NCBI GenBank assembly: GCA_963816185.1
Contig: CAWFJJ010000029.1
Coordinates: forward strand, 32,001-96,000
Source of the DNA: Thermoanaerobaculia bacterium
GTDB lineage: Bacteria > Acidobacteriota > Thermoanaerobaculia > UBA5066
Direction of reading: 5' to 3'
Length of the DNA: 64,000 bases
The position numbers and the translations under genes were made by a program. The notes beneath the pieces were generated by a model. That model was not told where the DNA came from. It ran no database searches and was given only the letters and a program-made list of their open reading frames with translations. This document shows, piece by piece, positions 20,417 to 28,601 of the stretch; the stretch's first letter is position 1, and the number at the start of each line of letters is the position of its first letter.

Positions 20417-20959
20417 GGGAGTCTCCGATCTCGTCGGCATTCTCGAGGAAGAGGGCCCGGCACGTTTCGCACAGCTCCGGCTGCTTGGCGTCCACGTCTT
20501 TCAGGCTCGAGGAGCGCGCCATCGCGCAGAGAGAATCGTGGCAGTGCAGGAGTCCGAACGTGTGCCCGAGCTCGTGGACGGCTTCGGTCCGAAGTCGCAC
20601 CGGAAGCCGGGCGGACTCGCCAGGCAGACCGGCACCGACGAGGCGGGCCGTCGACACGACGGCCGCATGGCCCCTGAGCTGAGCCTCGCCGAAGACGAAC
20701 GTCAGGACCGGGATGAAGAGGTCCGCATCCGTCAGGCCGAGGACGCGCGCGGCTCTCTGCGGCCGACGCGACGCGAGCCAGAGGAGAACGCGGTGCGAAG
20801 CGTGCTGGTTGCGCCGCGCGTCGAACGCATCGATCGGGCGACCCGCGGGGAGCTCGAGACGAGCCGGGAAGCGAAACACCCTCTCGACGTGCGCACGCAC
20901 GCTCTCGAGGAGTCCTCGGTCGGCGTCCCCCGTTCCGATCCACCACAGGGCGACGTCGT

Positions 20960-22600
20960 TCACGTTGCGGCGGCCGGGGCAGGGGCCGCGCCCCCCTCTC
21001 CGGCGAGCGGGAGCCGGATCGTCATCGTCGTTCCACGCCCGACGCGGCTGTCCACGCGCATTGAGCCGCCGTGTTTCTCGACGATCCCGTAGACGACCGA
21101 GAGCCCGAGCCCGGTGCCCTTCTCTTTCGTCGTGAAGAAGGGGTCGAAGATACGCGAGAGGTGCTCGGGCGCGATCCCGGCGCCCGTGTCCGCCACCGAG
21201 ATCTCGAGCGCGCTCTTTTCGGGGAGGAGACGGGACTCGAGCGTGAGCGTGCCGCCTGCTGGCGTCGCGTCGCACGCATTGAGGAGAACGTTCAGGAATG
21301 CCTGCCGGAGCTGGCCGAAGTCGGCGTTCACGGCGCCCGTGCCCTCGAGCGTCTTCACGACCGTGATGCCCTGAAGCTGCATCTTGTGCTGCGCGAGCGA
21401 AAGGGCCTCTTCCAGTGCGCGGACCGGGTCGATGATCTCGAGGTCGAGGGGCCTCGCGCGGGCGAAGTCGAGGAGGTTGCGCACGATGACGGTGCAGCGC
21501 TCGGTCTCGCGCTGAACGAGGAACAGGTTCTTCAGGCAGGCCGCGCGCGTGGCCTCGTCAGGAGACCCGGCCTCGAGCATGCGCGTCATGAGGCGCGCGA
21601 ACGTGAGGATGCCCGAGAGGGGGTTGTTGATCTCGTGCGCGATGGACGCCGACAGCTGACCGAGCGAGGCGAGCTTCTCGCTTCGCGCGAGGACCTCCTG
21701 CGCGCTCTTGAGCGCCGCCGTGCGGTCCTCGACCTGGTGTTCGAGGTCGTTCGTGAGGTTCTCGAGGTCGCGGCGCGTCTTCGCGAGCGATTCGTTCATC
21801 TCGTTGAACGAGTTTGCGAGGATCCCGAGCTCGTCCCACGAGCGAATTGCGAGAGTGGCCGATAGGTCGCCGTGGCGGACCCGCTGCGTGGCCTCCACGA
21901 GCGCGGCGACCGGGCGGAAGACGATGCGCCGCGCGACGCCGTTGACGAGCGCGGCGAGGGCGATCACCGCGGCCAGCGCGCCCGAGAGCAGGCGCAGCGA
22001 CTGCCTGTGCAGGCTCGCGTCGATCTCCTTGAGCGAGATGCCGATGTCCACGACTCCGAGGACGTGCTTCTCCGGCGGATGAGCGTGGCACGAGGCCGTC
22101 GCGCAGGCGGTTTCGTTGTAGATCGGAGTCACCATGCCGAGCACGCGGTGGCCGTTCGTCGTGAAAAGCCGGCTGCGTTCGGACGTCGTGGGCGCCACGA
22201 GCGGCTGGCCCGCCGCGTGACACGCGGTGCAGGCCTCCGCATCCTTGTCGACGGACGCGCCGATGTCGCGCGGGTTCGTCGAGAACATGACGCGGCCCTC
22301 TTTGTTGAGGACGCGGACTTTCTCGATCCCCTCGAGGCGCCCGATGCTCTCCATGATCCGATAGGCGCCGCGCCTCTGGTCTTCGAGCATGAGATCCCGC
22401 GTGCTGGTCGCGATCGTGCTCGAAAACAGTGCGGCGCCCCGGACGACCTCGCTGATGAGCTGCGCCCGCTGGGACCGGATCGACAGGAACGCGAACAGCG
22501 AGATGGTCGCCAGCGAGACCGCGGCGGCGGCGGCCGTCAGCTTGAACCCGAGATGCCGGTGGAACGGGATGCCGAGCAAGGTGTCCTCCGGCCTGAGCAT
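20960..22600 (-). CDS. Sensor histidine kinase with haem-c motifs in the periplasmic sensor, HAMP, HisKA and HATPase domains
   Basis: CTACH and CATASCH between two TM helices; AHEINNPL; FDPFFTTK...GTGLGL. An alternative GTG start lies at 22618. Confidence 0.94.
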   Translation of the reverse strand: MLRPEDTLLGIPFHRHLGFKLTAAAAAVSLATISLFAFLSIRSQRAQLISEVVRGAALFSSTIATSTRDLMLEDQRRGAYRIMESIGRLEGIEKVRVLNKEGRVMFSTNPRDIGASVDKDAEACTACHAAGQPLVAPTTSERSRLFTTNGHRVLGMVTPIYNETACATASCHAHPPEKHVLGVVDIGISLKEIDASLHRQSLRLLSGALAAVIALAALVNGVARRIVFRPVAALVEATQRVRHGDLSATLAIRSWDELGILANSFNEMNESLAKTRRDLENLTNDLEHQVEDRTAALKSAQEVLARSEKLASLGQLSASIAHEINNPLSGILTFARLMTRMLEAGSPDEATRAACLKNLFLVQRETERCTVIVRNLLDFARARPLDLEIIDPVRALEEALSLAQHKMQLQGITVVKTLEGTGAVNADFGQLRQAFLNVLLNACDATPAGGTLTLESRLLPEKSALEISVADTGAGIAPEHLSRIFDPFFTTKEKGTGLGLSVVYGIVEKHGGSMRVDSRVGRGTTMTIRLPLAGEGGAAPAPAAAT

Positions 22601-22661
22601 CCGGCAAACGGACGGCACGTAAATCCGCCATTTGAACTACCGGAGGGCTCGCGGGGCGTTT

Positions 22662-23024
22662 TCAGCCCTCGTTTCGGGGAATCAGGAGCCAGGAGAGCAG
22701 CGTCGAAACGATCGACACGAGGAGCGCTCCGAGAAACGCCGGCACGAACCCATCCACCCTGAAGTCGATGCCCAGGCCGCGCCCCACCCAGGCGGCGAAC
22801 ATGAGCATGAGGGCATTCACGACGAGCGTGAACAACCCCAGTGTGAGCAGGATGATCGGACAGCTCACCAGCTTCAGAAAAGGCCTCACGAGGGTGTTTG
22901 CGACGCCGAACACGAGCGCCAGCGCGAGAACCGAGCCCATTCCACCCGCGTGGATGCCGGGCACGAATGTCGCCGCGGCCCAGAGCGCGGTGGCGTTGAT
23001 GAGGATGTGAAGGATTGTTCTCAT
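22662..23024 (-). CDS. YvlD-like 4-TM membrane protein (annotated as phage holin family IV)
   Basis: N...VRPFLKLVSCPIILLTLGLFTLVVNA...F...GF..AFLGAL motif. Confidence 0.88.
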   Translation of the reverse strand: MRTILHILINATALWAAATFVPGIHAGGMGSVLALALVFGVANTLVRPFLKLVSCPIILLTLGLFTLVVNALMLMFAAWVGRGLGIDFRVDGFVPAFLGALLVSIVSTLLSWLLIPRNEG

Positions 23025-23047
23025 ACGGTCTCTATACAATCACACTC

Positions 23048-23479
23048 ATGACCGAACAGAAATACCGCCAGCGCGGCTACCGCGAGAGTGACCGTTCTGG
23101 GGGCCGCGGCTCTTCGGGCCCCTCCGACCGGCCGACACGGATGGAGGGTGCGCCGAAGGGTCGTGGCGCCGAGCGCAACCGGGACGAGGTATTTCGCTGC
23201 AAGACCTGCAGCGAGAAAAACGATCCCGAGGTCAGGCCCGAGTCCGTCTGCAAGAAGTGCGGCGCGGCGCTTCACGCGTGCGCGCAATGCCGCTTCTTCG
23301 ACGGCGCCGCGCAGTGGCAGTGCCTCAAGGACATTCCCGCCCCGGTGCCGGCGAAATCGAAGGCGAATACCTGCACCTTCTACGCGCCGAAGGTGTCGCT
23401 CGATCTCACCGGGACGAAGGCCGCCGACTCCCCGGATCAGGCGCGCTCGGCGTTCGACCGGCTCTTCGGAAAGCGCTGA
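23048..23479 (+). CDS. Cys-rich (Zn-ribbon-like) hypothetical protein
   Basis: CKTC, CKKC, HACAQCRFFD, ANTCTFY and a C-terminal AFDRLF. Confidence 0.78.
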   Translation: MTEQKYRQRGYRESDRSGGRGSSGPSDRPTRMEGAPKGRGAERNRDEVFRCKTCSEKNDPEVRPESVCKKCGAALHACAQCRFFDGAAQWQCLKDIPAPVPAKSKANTCTFYAPKVSLDLTGTKAADSPDQARSAFDRLFGKR

Positions 23480-23484
23480 GGAGC

Positions 23485-25071
23485 GTGCCGGCCGCGCCGT
23501 CGCGACGCAGCTCCACCCGCGACAGCGCCGCCCTCGCCCTCGGCGCCACGGCCTATCTCGGCCTGCACGCCCTCGCGGCCGGACGCGTGCCGCCGGGTGT
23601 CGCCGCGGATCCCGTGATCGAAGCAATGCGCGGACTGCGCCTCGTCCTCCTTCGCCGCTTCGAGGTCCTCACCGTCTCCATCGGACCCTCCGCCGAGACG
23701 CTCTGGCTCTACGTGACGGGCGCGTTCGTGGCCGCGCTCGGCCCCACGCGGATCGCCTTCATCGTCCCGAGCATCCTCGCGGCGGTCGCCACGCTCGTCC
23801 TCGTCGCGTTGCTCGCTCGACGCGTCCGGCCGGAGCTGCCGCTCGGCGTGGCGCTTCTCATTCCCGCCTCGTCCCTCTGGCTCTTCCATTACGGTCAAGT
23901 CGGCTTGCGCGCCATCGCCGCGCCCCTCGTTCTCCTTGGCGCCTGTTTCCTGCTCGACGATCGTTCCGAGCGCGACGTCGCAGATCGGCCCTTCGCGGCC
24001 GGCGCCCTTCTCGGGCTCGGCATTTACGCGTATTCGGCTTGTCGTGTTCTTCCCATCGCCTGGGCGCTGCATTTCGCCTTGCGCTGGCGCAGAAGGCCCG
24101 GGGCGCGACCCGCGCTGCGCCGTGAGGCGCGACGCCTTCTCGCGGGCTTCACGCTCGTCTCCATTCCGAATCTGCTCTTCCTGCTCCGCGCTCCCGGCCT
24201 TCTCCTCGATCGCGGCTACTACGTGTCGCGCGGGACCCCCCTCGACAAGCTCGGGAATGTCCTCGCGACATTCCTCCTTCCGTTCGGTTACCCCGACCGC
24301 TATCGCGTCTGGAAGGGTCCGGGTCACGTCTTCGACGTGACGGGCGTGGCGCTGACGGCGAGCGGCCTCGATCCATTCGATCTCGTCGTCGGGCCGCTCG
24401 CCGTCCTGGGCCTACTCGCTTGGCGGCGCGGAAGGGAGTCCGCATCTCTTTCGTTTCTCCTCGTGGCCTGGGCCGCGGCCGGTGTGCTTCTCGGCCTCTA
24501 CGGTCCCAGCCTCACGCGTCTCCTCATCCTGCTGCCGGCGTGGCTCGTCTTCGCCGCGCTCGGATGCGACGCGCTGCTCGCGCGTGCGCCCCGGCTCCGG
24601 GTGCCGCTTGCGGCCCTCCTCTTCCTCTCGCTCTGTCTTCAAGGGCGCGCGTGGGTCTCGACGTTCGGACGGTCGGAGCCCGCGGCCTTGTACTTTCACG
24701 AAGCGGTCACCGCGATGGCCGAGCGCTCGCGGGATCTGGCGGCCGAAGGCAAGCGCGTCATCGTCGTGTCACGCACGGGTCGCGACGTCTTCAAGTACTT
24801 CTGCTGGCAACACATCGAGCAGGTCTTCCACGTCGCCAAGCTCGAGGGGTCGCCGCAGCCGGGCGACGTTCCGCTCGAGGGCTTCGCGCCGGACGTCGTC
24901 CTCGTCGAGCGCACGCCCGCGCTCGACGCGTGGGGTGCCACGCTCGGGCTCTCGTCACGCTCGATCCAGCCCACGCTCTTCGCGGAATATGAGCTCCGCC
25001 GCGCGCCGAGACGGCCCCCTCCATCCGTGCGGAGCAACCTCTGGCGCCTCTGGTCCCCGATGTCGCTCTAG
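23485..25071 (+). CDS. Multi-TM GT-C fold glycosyltransferase (ArnT/PMT-like)
   Basis: About 11 TM helices, PPG...D loop and GALLGLGIYAY motif. Start uncertain. Confidence 0.7.
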   Translation: MPAAPSRRSSTRDSAALALGATAYLGLHALAAGRVPPGVAADPVIEAMRGLRLVLLRRFEVLTVSIGPSAETLWLYVTGAFVAALGPTRIAFIVPSILAAVATLVLVALLARRVRPELPLGVALLIPASSLWLFHYGQVGLRAIAAPLVLLGACFLLDDRSERDVADRPFAAGALLGLGIYAYSACRVLPIAWALHFALRWRRRPGARPALRREARRLLAGFTLVSIPNLLFLLRAPGLLLDRGYYVSRGTPLDKLGNVLATFLLPFGYPDRYRVWKGPGHVFDVTGVALTASGLDPFDLVVGPLAVLGLLAWRRGRESASLSFLLVAWAAAGVLLGLYGPSLTRLLILLPAWLVFAALGCDALLARAPRLRVPLAALLFLSLCLQGRAWVSTFGRSEPAALYFHEAVTAMAERSRDLAAEGKRVIVVSRTGRDVFKYFCWQHIEQVFHVAKLEGSPQPGDVPLEGFAPDVVLVERTPALDAWGATLGLSSRSIQPTLFAEYELRRAPRRPPPSVRSNLWRLWSPMSL

Positions 25072-25080
25072 TATTCCCCC

Positions 25081-26727
25081 ATGTCGCTGCGGCGCGCAGG
25101 CCTGTATGGACTTCTCCTCTTGGCCAGCGTTCTCGCCTGCTTCCGGATACTCGTCCTCGACGGCTGGCCCCAAAACCACGACGGCGTGGCGCCTTTTCAG
25201 AGGGTCGAGACGTTCCGGCGGGCGTTCGCGGACGGAAATGTCCTTCCGCTCTGGACGCCCCTCGCCGAGAACGGCTATGGCTCGCCGTTCCCCTTCTTCT
25301 ACCACCGCCTCTTCAATACGCTCGCGGGCACCGTCGCGCTCGCCACCGGGTCCGCCCACACGGCCGTGAAGGTGGTGATCCCGCTCCTCCTCCTCGCGGG
25401 CGCGCTCGGAATGCGCCGGGCGCTGCTCGCCATGGGGCTCGGCGAGTTCCACGCCGTCTGTGGGGCCCTGCTCCTCATCTTTTCCAACTACGCCTACACG
25501 GATTGGGTCGTGAGGGGAGCGTTCGCGGAGTTCGCGGCCTTCATGCTCGTCCCCTGGCTCACCCTGGCTGCACTCGGTCTCGTAGAGGGAAAGCCCCACG
25601 CTGGATGGGGGCTGGGTGCCGTCCTGTCGCTGATGTTCTTTGCTCAATCGGTCATCTTCGTCTTCGCTTTCGTGCTCGTCCTCGTCGCCTTCGCGGGAAC
25701 GCTCGTCCTCTCGAAGGATCGGCAGCGCGCGCTTGCGAACCTCGCTCGGGCGGCCGTCGTCGTCCTACCCGTGACGGGACCGTTCCTGCTGGGAATCTGG
25801 CTCTTCGGCAAGGACATCGACGTGGACCGCTTTCGGACGGGGATGTTCAGCGTCTTCCGAAACTTCGCGCCGCTCGGGGAGTATCTCTACGACAGCTTCG
25901 GCGGCTGGACATCGGGCACGGCCGGTTACACCGTGGAGATCGGTCGCGGTTTCAACACGCTCTCGCTCGTCTGCTTCGCCGCCGCGGTCGCAGGCCTCGC
26001 CCGAGGTCGCCCTCCCGCCGCCCGCGTGCGCGAGAGACTCCCGGCCTGGTTTCTCGTCGTCGGGTCGGGCCTTTGCTATCTGGTCCTTCAGACGCCCCTC
26101 TCGGCACCGCTCTACCGCTTCATACGTCCGATCCAGTTCATCCAGTTTCCCTGGCGTCTTCTCGTCTTCTCGACACCGGCTTCGATCTTCGTCCTGTGCC
26201 TTTCCCTCGACCTCCTGGAGTCAAGCCGGCCGCGCCCGTCGGTTCGACGCGGCCTCCGCGCCGCGCTGCTCTTCGCCGTGCTCTTCCAGGTCTGGTACGG
26301 CGTCGGGAAGCCGCCGCCCGACCGGATCCTTGGTGTGAAAGAACTCGAGGCGAGCGTCACGACGGAACGGCTCGCAGCCACGGTACACAGCAGGGAGTTT
26401 CGCCCGCGCGGTGTCTCGCTCTCGCCGCCGCGGCCCTTTCTCGAGGCGACCGGCTGCGTCGTAGAGAACGCGTCTCCCTCGGCGGCCCTCGCAGGCATCG
26501 TGGACGTTCCGGAGCTCCGCCTCATCGTGGACGCCGCTCCCGGCGGCACCCTCGTGATCAATCAGTTCGCGAATCCCTTCCTCTCGGTGAGCGCGGGAGG
26601 AGAGGGCCGCATCGAGACGACGGCCTGGGGCACGATCCTCGTCCGGCCGGCGCCCGGCCGGAACGAAATCGTGCTGCGCCGCCGCGGCCTCCTGGCGGCG
26701 CTCAAGGAAAGGCTCTTCGGGGGTTGA
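25081..26727 (+). CDS. Multi-TM protein, PTPS-related/YfhO-like GT-C family
   Basis: HDG...PLWTP..NGYGSPFPFFY, RGAFAE and IQFPWRLL motifs. Confidence 0.78.
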   Translation: MSLRRAGLYGLLLLASVLACFRILVLDGWPQNHDGVAPFQRVETFRRAFADGNVLPLWTPLAENGYGSPFPFFYHRLFNTLAGTVALATGSAHTAVKVVIPLLLLAGALGMRRALLAMGLGEFHAVCGALLLIFSNYAYTDWVVRGAFAEFAAFMLVPWLTLAALGLVEGKPHAGWGLGAVLSLMFFAQSVIFVFAFVLVLVAFAGTLVLSKDRQRALANLARAAVVVLPVTGPFLLGIWLFGKDIDVDRFRTGMFSVFRNFAPLGEYLYDSFGGWTSGTAGYTVEIGRGFNTLSLVCFAAAVAGLARGRPPAARVRERLPAWFLVVGSGLCYLVLQTPLSAPLYRFIRPIQFIQFPWRLLVFSTPASIFVLCLSLDLLESSRPRPSVRRGLRAALLFAVLFQVWYGVGKPPPDRILGVKELEASVTTERLAATVHSREFRPRGVSLSPPRPFLEATGCVVENASPSAALAGIVDVPELRLIVDAAPGGTLVINQFANPFLSVSAGGEGRIETTAWGTILVRPAPGRNEIVLRRRGLLAALKERLFGG

Positions 26728-28513
26728 AAGGGGTTCTCAAGCGTGCGCGTGGCGGCCTCACGCGGGCGAGGAAGAGGCCGGAGGCGTCCCCGGCGGGCGC
26801 AATCCCGCGGCCGCACCGCAGGCCGCCGGCAGCTAGCTCCGCGAGGCCGCGACGCGACGCAATGAACCAGAAGGGGCTCGCAGGCGGCGCGGCACCGAGT
26901 TCGGCGGCCGTCTTCCGCGCGTAGACGTCCAGCGGGATGCGGCGGTCCACCCCGTGAGCGACCGCTTCGACGACCATGGGATAAAGGACCGCGCCCTTCT
27001 CGAGGACGACGGGCGCGTCCGCGAGACGCGCAAGAATCCGTCCGGCCTCCGTTTCGGCCGCGCGGAACCGGGCCGCGACACCCGGTCGATCGGGGAAGTC
27101 CACGAGCGCCGGCAATGTCTCGGACGCGAACAGCGCCGCCGCGACGCCCGCGAGGAGGACGCCCCGCGAGGCCGCGCCGTTCCGCACGGAGCGGCCGATC
27201 CCGATCTCGAGAACGGCCGCGGCAAGGATGATCGCGGGCACGAGGAGCGTCGAAACCCGCATGGTGTTCGGAGCGTCGCCGGGGTCCGAGAGGACGCCCG
27301 CCAAGAGGCTCCCGGCCGCGAGCAGAACGAGGAGGACGTCCGCGGGCCGCCGCCGTGAGGCGGCGAGGCCGAGCCCGAGAAGCGCGAGAGCACCGACGGG
27401 GGGAGACAGGATGGCCTGCCCGCCCGCCTGCCGGAGGTTCGGGTCCCGCGTCCAGAGGAGGACGCCCGTGTAGTCGAGCGCGCTCGAGGCGAGCAGGGCA
27501 GGGACTCGGAGCGCTCCCGCGGCGTGCGGCAGGTCCACCCGCCGGGAAGACGTCGCGAAACGGACGTCGCGCAGGTGGCCTCCCAGTCGGGCATCGCCCA
27601 CGACGAAGGCCCAGGCGAGGGGCGCGAAGGCGAGCAGTGCCGCCGCCGCCGCGGTCAGGGCGAGGCGTCGCGTTCGCGTGTCCCGCGCCTCCAGAAGCGC
27701 GAACGCCGCGAAGGCCGCGGCGATCGCGCCTGCCGCCGCGTACGTGTGGAGCGCGAGTCCGACACACGCTCCCGCGAGCGCCGCGAGCGCGAGGCTCCCC
27801 GTGCGCCGGGCGCGCAGCGTTGCGGCGGCCGCCAGGAGGACGAACGCCAGGAGGAGCACCACGGTCGCGGTCCAGCGCGCCAGGAGAATCGGCCAGCCGA
27901 CGAGCGCACCGAGGAGGACCGCGACGCCCGCCGTCCGCGGCCCGAACGCCTCTCGCGCGAGCCACCAGAACGCCGGGAGCGCGAGGCAGCCCGGCAGCGC
28001 CGAAACCGCGAAGAATCCGGTTTCACCGCTTCCGAAGGCCGTGAGGATCACGCGCACGAACGCGACGTAAAGGTTTGAGAGGACCTCGTATCTCGCCGGG
28101 AAGCTCTCCCCGTAGGGCGTCGCGCCCCAAAGAGGCGCGGCACCACCGCCGAAGAGCGGACGCGTCATGTAGACGACGTCGATCCACAGACCCGGCGGGT
28201 TCCACGCGCGGAATACCCAGCGCAGGGCGACTCCGACGGCAAGCACGGGAAGGACCCATGCGGCCTCGGCGAGAGGTCGCGGCGTTCTCGGAGGCTCCGA
28301 CTCCTCACGCTCGGCGGCTTTCGTTACAAGCGTGAGAACGCGCGCCGCGAGAAAACCCGCGGCTGCCGCGAGCGCGAAATCCTTGATCCAGAGCAGGAGG
28401 ACGTACGGCCACATCTCGCGCGTCCACCAGAAGAGCACCTCGAAATGGTCTCGCCGCGCGAGCCAGAAAAAGGTCTGCAGCGCGGCGAACCCGCCGAAGA
28501 GCGCCCGAACCAT
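26702..28513 (-). CDS. Multi-TM GT-C fold glycosyltransferase (ArnT/PMT-like)
   Basis: LR...PPGLWID loop, AGACVGLALHTY motif and many TM helices. Confidence 0.72.
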   Translation of the reverse strand: MVRALFGGFAALQTFFWLARRDHFEVLFWWTREMWPYVLLLWIKDFALAAAAGFLAARVLTLVTKAAEREESEPPRTPRPLAEAAWVLPVLAVGVALRWVFRAWNPPGLWIDVVYMTRPLFGGGAAPLWGATPYGESFPARYEVLSNLYVAFVRVILTAFGSGETGFFAVSALPGCLALPAFWWLAREAFGPRTAGVAVLLGALVGWPILLARWTATVVLLLAFVLLAAAATLRARRTGSLALAALAGACVGLALHTYAAAGAIAAAFAAFALLEARDTRTRRLALTAAAAALLAFAPLAWAFVVGDARLGGHLRDVRFATSSRRVDLPHAAGALRVPALLASSALDYTGVLLWTRDPNLRQAGGQAILSPPVGALALLGLGLAASRRRPADVLLVLLAAGSLLAGVLSDPGDAPNTMRVSTLLVPAIILAAAVLEIGIGRSVRNGAASRGVLLAGVAAALFASETLPALVDFPDRPGVAARFRAAETEAGRILARLADAPVVLEKGAVLYPMVVEAVAHGVDRRIPLDVYARKTAAELGAAPPASPFWFIASRRGLAELAAGGLRCGRGIAPAGDASGLFLARVRPPRARLRTPFNPRRAFP

Positions 28514-28601
28514 TCGTGCGTTCAGTCTCGCACGCGCATGCCCCCAGGCGGGAAGCGCCGAGGGAAGGCGCCAGACCCGCGTGACGGGTTTCTTTTTCAG
28601 C

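Noticed and set aside
22662-23024. Prophage suggested by a holin-family gene
   Set aside because: YvlD-like genes are common on chromosomes, and no phage genes are adjacent.
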